From Candidatus Minusculum obligatum (GTDB lineage Bacteria; Patescibacteriota; Minisyncoccia; Phycocordibacterales; Phycocordibacteraceae): a DNA stretch of 64,000 nt. Position 1 is the first letter of the stretch, and every line of letters begins with the position of its first letter. The stretch lies in the NCBI GenBank assembly GCA_002331145.1, contig DCYT01000001.1:287697-351696 (forward strand). The letters are read 5' to 3'. Shown here piece by piece: positions 1-8,441 of this stretch. The translations under genes were made by a program, and so were the position numbers. The notes beneath the pieces are model-generated. The model did no database searches and was not told the origin of the DNA. It saw only the letters and a program-made list of their open reading frames with translations.

Positions 1-105
1 AATAGAAGAAAGCGCAACGTTTTTCTCACGTGCTTCTTTTTGTACTACGGCAGCATCTGCTTCCTTTAGTACTCCTTTCTTTACAAGTATTTCAAGTAAT
101 TTCAT
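1..105 (-). CDS. N-terminal fragment of a probable GspE/PilB-type ATPase (runs off the window)
   Basis: ATG at 105 gives MKLLEILVKKGVLKEADAAVVQKEAREKNVALSSI, open to the edge; follows the pilM/N/O-like genes; resembles PilB N-termini. Confidence 0.5.
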   Translation of the reverse strand, partial: MKLLEILVKKGVLKEADAAVVQKEAREKNVALSSI

Positions 106-111
106 GCGGGA

Positions 112-414
112 CTACTGTACTGACGCGAACGGATTGTCGCGTCCTACAGGCTCCACAGATATTGGCCGACTGAAGTCTACAAGAGAATTGTAATATTCAT
201 CATCAAATATACTTGTATCAAGATCGATACGACGTAGCTCACTAAAGAGTGTGATGAATTCCTGATTCGCAGCCGTTACCCGCGGATCACTTTGTGACGT
301 AACAAGAGCTCCTCCACTGTTGCCATTTTGGAAGAAGAAAAGGTATGCAAGAACACCCAGAACGATAATTCCGATGGCAATAACTGTTGTTTGATTGTTT
401 TTGAAAAAGTCCAT
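112..414 (-). CDS. Small membrane-anchored pilus-operon protein (PilP position)
   Basis: N-terminal TM helix, C-terminal GRDNPF; 1 bp from the pilO-like gene. Confidence 0.6.
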   Translation of the reverse strand: MDFFKNNQTTVIAIGIIVLGVLAYLFFFQNGNSGGALVTSQSDPRVTAANQEFITLFSELRRIDLDTSIFDDEYYNSLVDFSRPISVEPVGRDNPFASVQ

Positions 415-415
415 A

Positions 416-979
416 TTACTTTAACCAGTATACCCGAACGCGAACATCAAATTTGTACACGCCAGTTTCTGATTCTGAAAAACTAATTTCCACAACATCG
501 AGTGTTCGAAGACTCTGCTCAATGTCATTTAAGAAATTTTTAAATTGATCGTATGTTGCAGTTGCGGTAAATGACAGAAGAAGTGATTCATATGCTTTCT
601 CTTCCTGAATCAACACTCCCTGCCCGATAGCATCTCCACCATCACTTCCGCTCTTCTGGCTCTCATCAATACCAATGTCGCTAATTCGAACTCCTGCAGC
701 GCTCGCAATTCCATCTACATCAAGGATGAGCTGTACATTGTCTACATTGTCAGGAAGCAACTTCTTTACTCGATCAAGATTAGACTGATTAATAAGCTCT
801 CGCTCCTGCGTAAGCCGTGCTTGCTCTTCTTTGAACTTTGCAGCTGTCTCAAGAGCTACATCAAGATTCTTAATCTCAGCCTGTAGTCCCTTAATTGGGC
901 CATTGTATGTAGGGTTTATATACCCAAAGAACACACCAACTGCTCCAAGTATTAAGATGATTGATACAAGTCTGTTCAT
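416..979 (-). CDS. pilO: Type IV pilus assembly protein PilO-like
   Basis: TM, coiled coil, then YDQFKNFLNDIEQSLRTLDV; overlaps the upstream gene by 4 bp. Confidence 0.8.
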   Translation of the reverse strand: MNRLVSIILILGAVGVFFGYINPTYNGPIKGLQAEIKNLDVALETAAKFKEEQARLTQERELINQSNLDRVKKLLPDNVDNVQLILDVDGIASAAGVRISDIGIDESQKSGSDGGDAIGQGVLIQEEKAYESLLLSFTATATYDQFKNFLNDIEQSLRTLDVVEISFSESETGVYKFDVRVRVYWLK

Positions 980-1692
980 AGTGTTTCTTGAGGAATATCC
1001 TCTGGACTACTCTCCCCTCCCTCTAGCTGTGGCTCTTGAAATTCTCCACCGTCCTCAACCACATCTGACCCTTCAAAAAGAGTCTCGAGTGTCTCATTTG
1101 GCGCAACTTCAATTTGCCCACCTTGTGCCCGCACAAGAGTACTTGAGACAATTCCAACGAATGAGAAGCTCACATCTCCATCATCTTTTACAGTTATGTC
1201 TTCGAAGATTTGGTTTCGAAGGAACGGGTTGTCCCGAAATACTACTGACTGATATGCAAGTGCGTTGAAATCAAGAGCGGTTCCTTCCATGGTTATTTCC
1301 ACATCTCCAGATGGTGCAGTCTGCAATTCAAAATTATCAAAACTTACGTTCTGTACGGTATCGCGCTCAAACATGCTAAAGATTGCAGACACTGCTACAT
1401 GAGAATCAAGAAGCTCTCGAGAAATAACCAGACGCTGTGAGAGTCGCGCAAGCTCCTCTACAGCCTGTGGCTCTACAGAATCTTGAAGAGCCTTTAGGTC
1501 TTGTGTCTTCTCCTCTTTATTTTGCTTCAGGTAAAATTCGTATCCAAATGCAAGACCTGCAAGCACTACTGATGCACCAATAAGCACCAATGCTGCAACA
1601 GCAAAAATACTAAGTGGGCCTCGCGCTTGCGGTCGGCGTACTGTACGCACCGGTTGCTTGGGCACGAACGATGTCGGCACCTTCTGCGGCAT
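976..1692 (-). CDS. PilN-like pilus assembly protein
   Basis: TM plus coiled coil plus ITMEGTA motif; lies between pilM and pilO. Confidence 0.65.
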   Translation of the reverse strand: MPQKVPTSFVPKQPVRTVRRPQARGPLSIFAVAALVLIGASVVLAGLAFGYEFYLKQNKEEKTQDLKALQDSVEPQAVEELARLSQRLVISRELLDSHVAVSAIFSMFERDTVQNVSFDNFELQTAPSGDVEITMEGTALDFNALAYQSVVFRDNPFLRNQIFEDITVKDDGDVSFSFVGIVSSTLVRAQGGQIEVAPNETLETLFEGSDVVEDGGEFQEPQLEGGESSPEDIPQETL

Positions 1693-1742
1693 ATATGTAA
1701 GTATAGACGATTACTTTTAAATCCGTATGTACCTCCCGGGGA

Positions 1743-2822
1743 TTACGAAACTTCTTCAAGCTTTCGAAGTGCTACTCCAACTGCTACAGCGAACTCGGGG
1801 CCAATCTCAGCTAGCACTGGACGCATGAATGCAGGCGCATCTGCTTTTTGGAATGGATCTGCAAGAATAACTTCTGTATCAAAGAAGCTGTCTGCATACT
1901 CTTTAAGTCCTTTTGTTACTCCTCCCCCTCCGGTTAGCACTACTTTCACAACACTTCGCTTCTCTTTTGTCTCAAACTCTCTTAGCACCCTCCTGGCTTC
2001 TGCAAATACACTTGAATATGTAAGTGTTACGGAGTCTTTGTTATATGGCTTTGGTGCATTCTCTGAAATTCCCTCCTCTCGCTTTAGTTGCTCTGCCTTT
2101 GCAAAGGTTAGCGTACTTGCTTGAGAGAGTGCTTTTGTTACTCCCTGTCCTCCTCGAGAAATATTGTGTGAGCGAGCCACAAGTCCACGCTCTACTATAT
2201 ATACCTTTGTAGCTGCAGCTCCCACATCAATTACCATTACGGGCTTTACCGGCTCATCTACAACCGCTCGAATAGTAGAGAAGATCTCAATCTCATAGAA
2301 ACTTGCTGCAACTTGGGCACGAGACACTACCCGCTCAAGGTGTGTGAGTGCTTCATTGTGTACTGCCACGAGCAATACTTTCATCTTTGGATTTAACTCC
2401 TCTCCTTCCTCATCTGGAATAACAAACCAATCAAGCTGTACTTCAGAAACTGGTACCGGAATATACTTCCTGGCTTCAAGATTGATCATGGTTTGAAGCT
2501 CTGGCCCTTCTTTTCGAGGAAGCTCCACTGTTGTAAGGAGTGTTTTATTAAAAGGAATGGCAACACCAACTGATGTTGTTGTTACATTTGCCTCTCGCAT
2601 CAAATCTTTAAGATTCTCTGCAATAGTTTCAGCAGGCAAAGATACTGCCTGTCCGACCTCTTTATCTGCATAGGGGCCTAATGCTAATTGTCCGTATGTT
2701 TCGAGCACTGCAACACCATTTTCTTGCTTTAATTGCACAATTTTAACGGAAGATCCGCCAATATCTATTCCCAAAACACTGGGTGTTGGTTTTGTTAAAA
2801 ACCGAGAGAAAATTCCTGCCAT
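1743..2822 (-). CDS. pilM: Type IV pilus assembly protein PilM
   Basis: LGIDIGGSSVKIV, VIDVGAAAT and VLTGGG actin-like motifs; start reassigned to MAGIFSR. Confidence 0.92.
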   Translation of the reverse strand: MAGIFSRFLTKPTPSVLGIDIGGSSVKIVQLKQENGVAVLETYGQLALGPYADKEVGQAVSLPAETIAENLKDLMREANVTTTSVGVAIPFNKTLLTTVELPRKEGPELQTMINLEARKYIPVPVSEVQLDWFVIPDEEGEELNPKMKVLLVAVHNEALTHLERVVSRAQVAASFYEIEIFSTIRAVVDEPVKPVMVIDVGAAATKVYIVERGLVARSHNISRGGQGVTKALSQASTLTFAKAEQLKREEGISENAPKPYNKDSVTLTYSSVFAEARRVLREFETKEKRSVVKVVLTGGGGVTKGLKEYADSFFDTEVILADPFQKADAPAFMRPVLAEIGPEFAVAVGVALRKLEEVS

Positions 2823-2860
2823 TACCAGCACATAATAGCATGGCAAGGTATAATAAATAT

Positions 2861-3481
2861 ATGTGGAATATGATCTTAGACTTGATATTCCCTCCCAGAG
2901 ATGAAGATGTTCTGGTTCGTTCACTAGTGCCAGAAGATATAGATAAGATGATGTCCCCGAGACTCGTCGAGCACACGAGTCCTGCAACAATTTCCCTCCT
3001 GTCATTTAAGAGCCCGCATGTGCGGGCTTTAATACATGAGTGTAAATTCCATAATAATAAAAGAGCTGCAGAACTTCTTTCATATGCCCTGCACTCCTTT
3101 GTTCGCGAGTACATGCTGGAGCGAGTTGAGCTTGCAGGAGTACGGATGCTCCTAGCTCCCATCCCCCTCTCACTTATGAGATATAAAACACGTGGATACA
3201 ATCAGGTAGCAAATATAACAGAGCGTGTTGCAAAGAGTTGCTCTCTTCCTCACAGAGCAATCTTGGCAAAGATAAAAGATACAAAGTCTCAAGTTGATTT
3301 AAATAAAAAAGATAGACTTCGAAACCAGCAAGGAGCGTTTGCGTGCGAGAAGGTAAATAAAAATGCCACCTATATAGTTGTAGATGACGTTGTAACAACA
3401 GGAGCTACTATGGCAGCTGCTATTGAAGCTCTCAAGAAGGCAGGAGCAAAGCATGTGGTGCCTATTGCGCTTGCTCATTAG
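2861..3481 (+). CDS. comF: ComF-family phosphoribosyltransferase-like competence protein
   Basis: RGYNQ and VVDDVVTTGAT motifs; TATAAT 6 nt before ATG 2861. Confidence 0.88.
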   Translation: MWNMILDLIFPPRDEDVLVRSLVPEDIDKMMSPRLVEHTSPATISLLSFKSPHVRALIHECKFHNNKRAAELLSYALHSFVREYMLERVELAGVRMLLAPIPLSLMRYKTRGYNQVANITERVAKSCSLPHRAILAKIKDTKSQVDLNKKDRLRNQQGAFACEKVNKNATYIVVDDVVTTGATMAAAIEALKKAGAKHVVPIALAH

Positions 3482-3519
3482 CAACTACGTAGTTAATTAC
3501 GTAATTAACTACGTAGTTG
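3482..3519. repeat. Nested perfect palindrome, copy 1 (C-AACTACGTAGTT-AATTACGTAATT-AACTACGTAGTT-G)
   Basis: 38-bp perfect inverted repeat starting immediately after the comF stop; 36-bp core identical at 45560 and 63254. Confidence 0.97.
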
Positions 3520-3566
3520 TGTTTGGTGCTTTGTTTTGATAATTTGCAGACAGAAGGAGAATTGCA

Positions 3567-4133
3567 ATGAAGACACTTCTTTATGCTACCGGAAATCCAG
3601 GCAAAGTGGATTCTTTGCAAAGTGTTCTTGGTTCAGAATTTCACATTGATCAAATTGAGCTCGATCTAATTGAGCCTCAGCTTGATTCAGTCGATGAAAT
3701 TGCAAGAGACAAGGCACGCCAGGCATTTTCACAAACGAAAAAGCCTGTAGCTGTACAAGACTCTGGCTTTGTTATTCCAAGCCTTGGAGGCTTTCCTGGC
3801 CCATATACCAAATATGTTCTTGGAACAATAGGTGTTGAAAGAATTTTGAGACTTGTTGGAGAAGAAAGATACTGTTTCTTTCATGAATGTCTTGCATACG
3901 CTGACGAAACAGGTGTTCATTTATTTCAGACGCACATACCTGGCTCTCTCACGAGAACAGTGCAGGGCCCAGCAAAAGAGCGCGAATCAAGTGCTCTGTG
4001 GCGAGTGTTTGTTCCTACTGGACAAAGAAAGACGATCTCTGAGATGAGTGACTCTGAGAGAGTTCATTGGAGACAGTCTGGATCCACTGACCACTATGGC
4101 GTACAACTTGCCAGGTGGTTAAGTGAAGAATAA
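3567..4133 (+). CDS. Non-canonical purine NTP pyrophosphatase (HAM1/ITPase family)
   Basis: ATGNPGK, QDSG and LGGFPGPYTK motifs; SD AAGGAG; followed by a hairpin. Confidence 0.88.
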   Translation: MKTLLYATGNPGKVDSLQSVLGSEFHIDQIELDLIEPQLDSVDEIARDKARQAFSQTKKPVAVQDSGFVIPSLGGFPGPYTKYVLGTIGVERILRLVGEERYCFFHECLAYADETGVHLFQTHIPGSLTRTVQGPAKERESSALWRVFVPTGQRKTISEMSDSERVHWRQSGSTDHYGVQLARWLSEE

Positions 4134-4134
4134 A

Positions 4135-4164
4135 AAAAGGCGGTCATTTTGATGATCGCCTTTT
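4135..4164. terminator. Bidirectional intrinsic terminator
   Basis: aaaaggcggtca...tgatcgcctttt between convergent ITPase and tRNA-Ser. Confidence 0.7.
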
Positions 4165-4174
4165 CTCTATAATG

Positions 4175-4261
4175 CGGAGAGTATGGGATTCGAACCCATG
4201 AAGGGGGTTAGCCCTTACTTCGTTAGCAGTGAAGCGCCTTCGACCACTCGGCCAACTCTCC
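4175..4261 (-). tRNA. tRNA-Ser(GCU)
   Basis: GGAGAGT acceptor, anticodon loop CT-GCT-AA, long variable arm, GGTTCGAATCC T-arm; CCA not encoded. Confidence 0.95.
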
Positions 4262-4276
4262 AGTTACGACACCTTA

Positions 4277-5419
4277 TCATTTCTGTACTGCTTTTGCTAC
4301 GGCTTTAACTACCCGTTTATCAAGCAATTCAGGCAGTATTTGATCCTTGCTTGGGCTCTTAATAAGCCTTGCAAGAGCTTCTGCAACATTCAGTTTTATA
4401 TCTTCTGTTATGTCAGTGATTCCAGCGTCTAGTGCACCCCTGAAAATACCTGGGAATGCTAGTGCATTGTTTACCTGATTCTTAAAATCAGATCTTCCTG
4501 TTGCCACAACTGCAGCTCCTGCTTTGTACGCATCATCCGGAAGTATCTCAGGATTAGGATTGGCAAGCGCAAAGACAATTGGCTTCTCTGCCATTTTTTT
4601 AATATCTCTTTTACCAAACTTTCCCCCTTTTCCTGCAACTCCAATTACAACATCAGCTCCTTCTATTACACCTGACAGAGCTCCACTCTTTTTCTTTTTA
4701 TTTGTTTTCTTTGCAAGAGCTTCCTTATACGGACTTAGCTTTTCCCTTCCTTTATAGATTGCTCCGACACTATCGAGTACCACAACATCTCCTACACCTT
4801 TGTGCATGAGAAGATCTGCGATAGCAGCTCCTGCAGCTCCTGCTCCTACAATTACAATCTCCAAGTCCCCCAACTTCTTCTTTACTACCTTAGAAGCATT
4901 TATAAGCCCTGCGAGCACAACAATTGCTGTCCCATGCTGGTCATCATGCATCACGGGAATATCTAAAGCTTTATTCACTCTCTTCTCAATATCAAAACAC
5001 TGTGGAGCTTTAATATCCTCAAGATTAATTCCTCCAAATACTGGGGCAATGTTCTTTATTGTCTCCACAATCTCATCAGGATCCTGCGTATCTAAGACAA
5101 TAGGAAATGCATCTACCCCTGCAAGATCTTTAAAGATAAGTGCCTTCCCTTCCATAACAGGAAGAGCACCATATGGTCCAATATTCCCAAGACCAAGTAC
5201 CGCCGAACCATCTGAGATAACAGCAACAGTATTCTTTTTAATAGTGTAGTTCTTTGCTTCCTTTTCTTTCTTTGCCAAAAGACTTGAGACAGCTGCAACT
5301 CCTGGAGTGTAGTACAAAGAGAAATCAGACTGTTTTGTAAGAGATACTTTCCCTGCAATTCCTATCTTTCCTCCAGCTTTTTTGTGCGCTTTCAGTGCCT
5401 TTTCTTTAATATCTTTCAT
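4277..5419 (-). CDS. NAD(P)-dependent malic enzyme
   Basis: YTPGVA, DGSAVLGLGNIG, INLEDI, HDDQHGTA and ALANPNPEI motifs; start at MKDIKEK. Confidence 0.93.
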   Translation of the reverse strand: MKDIKEKALKAHKKAGGKIGIAGKVSLTKQSDFSLYYTPGVAAVSSLLAKKEKEAKNYTIKKNTVAVISDGSAVLGLGNIGPYGALPVMEGKALIFKDLAGVDAFPIVLDTQDPDEIVETIKNIAPVFGGINLEDIKAPQCFDIEKRVNKALDIPVMHDDQHGTAIVVLAGLINASKVVKKKLGDLEIVIVGAGAAGAAIADLLMHKGVGDVVVLDSVGAIYKGREKLSPYKEALAKKTNKKKKSGALSGVIEGADVVIGVAGKGGKFGKRDIKKMAEKPIVFALANPNPEILPDDAYKAGAAVVATGRSDFKNQVNNALAFPGIFRGALDAGITDITEDIKLNVAEALARLIKSPSKDQILPELLDKRVVKAVAKAVQK

Positions 5420-5452
5420 ACAGGTATACTTGAATAGATAGCAGTGTAACCC

Positions 5453-7612
5453 ATGAATCCAAACGACCCAATTAAAAGCATTTCTCCTCGAATGACAGAG
5501 GCCAAACAAAAGGCACTGAAGCGTCTTGGCATAGAGAGTTTGCAAGATCTTCTCTATCATTTCCCTAGTCGCTATGAAAATACAGGAGAGCTCGCAACTA
5601 TTAAAAGCGTAAACCAAGGAGAGAGCGCAACCGTATACGGACGAATTAAGTCCGCAAAGACCGGAAAGACTTTTAAAACAAGAAAACCAATAGCAGAAGC
5701 TGTTATTGAAGATGGAACAGGAACCATAAAAGCACGCTGGTTTAGCCAGCCATATATTGCAAAGATGTTAGCTCCCGGAATGAATGTAAAAGTAGTTGGG
5801 AAAGTAACAGGGAGCGAAGGAAAATACTATCTTGCCAATCCAAAAATTGAACCAATTGAAACTCTCCCTGCTGACACACACGACTCACTCTTTGCAGGAG
5901 AGCGTGAAGAAGAAATTCTCTACCCCATCTATCCTGAGAGCAAAGGAGTTACATCCCTTTGGATTTTCCATAGTATTAAAAAAATAATAGCTGGCGGAGT
6001 ACTCGAGAAACTAACTGACCCAATACCGGATGCGCTCCTAAAGAAATACAACCTTCCAAAACTAGACTCTTCTCTCATCTGGATGCACATGCCACAAAAG
6101 ATTGAGCAAGCTCAAGCTGCGAGAAAGCGCCTAGCATTTGAAGAAGTATTCTTGATTCAAACTCTTATGCAAAAGAGCAAGAAGGAGGCAGAAGAACAAG
6201 AAGCATTGCCTGTAGATGTAAATAGAGAGAGCTTACAATCCTTTATAGATTCATTCCCTTTTACACCAACTGATGCGCAGACAAACGCTATAGACGATAT
6301 CGTTGATGACTTTGCAAAGAATCACCCCATGATGCGGCTTGTTGAGGGAGATGTAGGATCTGGAAAGACAGCGGTTGCTGCTGCAACAACCTATATGGTT
6401 GCAACCTCACGACCCAAAGGACAGTCCTTTGGAAACCTTCAAGTTGCCTACATGGTGCCAACTGAAATCCTGGCAAAGCAACATTTCAAATCATTTATTG
6501 AATACTTTAAGGACCACCCAATAAAAATTGGACTCATTACAGGAAAGGAATGCTACAAGTTCCCTTCTAAGGTAAATAACGAAGAAGCTACTCGTATTTC
6601 AAAAGCTCAGCTCTCTAAGTGGGTAGAAAATGGAGAAATTCCTATTGTCATTGGAACGCACGCACTTATTCAAAAGAGTGTGAAATTTAAAAACCTTGCC
6701 TACGCCATTATTGATGAACAACATCGCTTTGGAAAAGTGCAGCGACAAAAGATCACAAGGAAAGATAAAGTTGCTCCGCACTTACTTTCAATGACAGCCA
6801 CCCCTATTCCCCGAACACTAGCGCTTACCATCTATGGAGACCTCGATCTTACGCTTATTGATCAGATGCCAATGGGAAGAAAACCCATCATTACAGAGGT
6901 AATTGGAAAAGATGGCAGAGATGCAATGTATGAAAAAGTTCGCAAGCAATTAGAAGACGGCAGACAAGCATACGTTATATGCCCTCGTATTGATGAGCCA
7001 GACCCAAGTAAAGAAACAGCGCTTCAGGCAAAATCTGTGAAAGCAGAATGTGCACGTCTTCATAAAGAAGTCTTTCCTGAATACAACATAGACATTTTGC
7101 ACAGCAAGATGTCTCCTGCAGAGAAGGAAGAGACCATGGCTCGTTTTGAAAGAAAAGAGGTTGATATTCTTGTTGCTACTTCTGTAGTTGAGGTTGGAGT
7201 AAATGTACCTAACGCAACTGTAATTATTATTGAAGGAGCTGAGCGCTTTGGATTAGCGCAGCTTCATCAATTACGAGGGCGTGTAATCAGGTCAAACCAC
7301 CAAGCATACTGCTACGTATATCCTGAAAGCTATGGCCCGACCACTGAAGAGCGCCTTAAAGCTCTTACAACCGCAAAGAACGGATTTGAATTAGCTGAAT
7401 ATGATTTGGGTATTCGTGGAGGTGGAGAATTGTACGGAAGACGACAATGGGGAGTATCTGATGTTGCCATGGAAGCAATTAAAAACTTGAAGATGGTAGA
7501 GGCAGCAAGGAAAGAAGCAAAGGCAATTATCAAAAAGGATCCTGAGTTAAAGAAGCACGCTACCCTACAACAATATATAGAAGGAAAGGCTGAAGACTTA
7601 CATTTTGAATAA
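5453..7612 (+). CDS. recG: ATP-dependent DNA helicase RecG
   Basis: GDVGSGKT, DEQHRFG, MTATPIPRTL and AERFGLAQLHQLRGRV motifs. Confidence 0.97.
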   Translation: MNPNDPIKSISPRMTEAKQKALKRLGIESLQDLLYHFPSRYENTGELATIKSVNQGESATVYGRIKSAKTGKTFKTRKPIAEAVIEDGTGTIKARWFSQPYIAKMLAPGMNVKVVGKVTGSEGKYYLANPKIEPIETLPADTHDSLFAGEREEEILYPIYPESKGVTSLWIFHSIKKIIAGGVLEKLTDPIPDALLKKYNLPKLDSSLIWMHMPQKIEQAQAARKRLAFEEVFLIQTLMQKSKKEAEEQEALPVDVNRESLQSFIDSFPFTPTDAQTNAIDDIVDDFAKNHPMMRLVEGDVGSGKTAVAAATTYMVATSRPKGQSFGNLQVAYMVPTEILAKQHFKSFIEYFKDHPIKIGLITGKECYKFPSKVNNEEATRISKAQLSKWVENGEIPIVIGTHALIQKSVKFKNLAYAIIDEQHRFGKVQRQKITRKDKVAPHLLSMTATPIPRTLALTIYGDLDLTLIDQMPMGRKPIITEVIGKDGRDAMYEKVRKQLEDGRQAYVICPRIDEPDPSKETALQAKSVKAECARLHKEVFPEYNIDILHSKMSPAEKEETMARFERKEVDILVATSVVEVGVNVPNATVIIIEGAERFGLAQLHQLRGRVIRSNHQAYCYVYPESYGPTTEERLKALTTAKNGFELAEYDLGIRGGGELYGRRQWGVSDVAMEAIKNLKMVEAARKEAKAIIKKDPELKKHATLQQYIEGKAEDLHFE

Positions 7613-7645
7613 TTCTTTGCTAGGGTCTTTGCAGGAGGAGTAATC

Positions 7646-7819
7646 ATGAAAAACTTGTTCTTTGGAGTAATTGAAAGACTCTGGATTGGAGCAGTGCTCC
7701 TCTACCAAGTCTTCATCGCAATTCCTTTTGTTTTCTGGGAGACTTTTGTAAGACTCTTTCGTGCTGCGAAAGTCTTGCTGCGTTTTTTTATCGTAGCCCC
7801 CTTCTTGCAGCGTGGGTGA
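7646..7819 (+). CDS. 57-aa hydrophobic orphan protein (not in the ORF track)
   Basis: SD AGGAGGAG then ATG; MKNLFFGVIERLWIGAVLLYQVFIAIPFVFWETFVRLFRAAKVLLRFFIVAPFLQRG; stop overlaps the next GTG (GTGA). Confidence 0.6.
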   Translation: MKNLFFGVIERLWIGAVLLYQVFIAIPFVFWETFVRLFRAAKVLLRFFIVAPFLQRG

Positions 7820-8055
7820 TCGTCAGAAGCCCTCGAAATAAGAAGGTGGAGCGACTTCTTGCCTGGCATCTTGCCCGGGCAGATCGTTTTGGACGAAAAC
7901 TAAGCGATGTGCAGAAGCAACGCTTACAACAATTTCTTGAAGCAAGGATTCTTCAAGAAGTGAAACGTGGTTTCGTTATCGAGAATCAGATGATCAAGTG
8001 GGAAACCATTTTTCTTGATCTAGTTCCCAGAAAAGACTTGGAGGTCCGCACATAG
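7816..8055 (+). CDS. Basic helical orphan protein
   Basis: Translationally coupled to 7646-7819; ends inside a terminator hairpin. Confidence 0.55.
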   Translation: MIVRSPRNKKVERLLAWHLARADRFGRKLSDVQKQRLQQFLEARILQEVKRGFVIENQMIKWETIFLDLVPRKDLEVRT

Positions 8056-8072
8056 CGGACCTCTTTCTTTTT
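8041..8072 (+). terminator. Intrinsic terminator
   Basis: gaggtccgc-acata-gcggacctc followed by a T-rich tract. Confidence 0.8.
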
Positions 8073-8092
8073 GAGTATAGTATGGAGGTTCA

Positions 8093-8165
8093 CCACCCAT
8101 AGCTCAGCGGTAGTAGCACCGAGCTTATACCTCGGCGGTCCCAGGTTCGATCCCTGGTGGGTGGA
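8093..8165 (+). tRNA. tRNA-Ile(UAU)
   Basis: CCACCCA/TGGGTGG acceptor, anticodon arm CCGAG-CT-TAT-AC-CTCGG, T-arm CCAGG-TTCGATC-CCTGG. Confidence 0.92.
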
Positions 8166-8217
8166 CACGATATAGCTTAAGTGGTATAATATATATAGGT
8201 AGTTAAGGAAACGACCC

Positions 8218-8418
8218 ATGGAGTATTCTCCTCTTTTGGTGCCGTTCCTTCAGTTGCTCGGCATCGTAGTTTTACTGGCGCTAGCCTTTGGACTAACACT
8301 GCTATTCATCTCCGCAGGCTATGGAGAAAAGAAGAGTGATGTTATCGATGTTGAGTTCACCGAGGTTCCGCCTCAAAAACCTTATGAATCCGGCAGTATA
8401 GTCGACAAAAAGGCCTGA
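8218..8418 (+). CDS. Small single-pass membrane orphan protein
   Basis: TGgTATAAT promoter, AAGGA SD, TM helix, DVIDVEFTEV motif; ends in a hairpin at 8408-8440. Confidence 0.65.
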   Translation: MEYSPLLVPFLQLLGIVVLLALAFGLTLLFISAGYGEKKSDVIDVEFTEVPPQKPYESGSIVDKKA

Positions 8419-8441
8419 ACAATTTTTGTTCAGGCCTTTTC

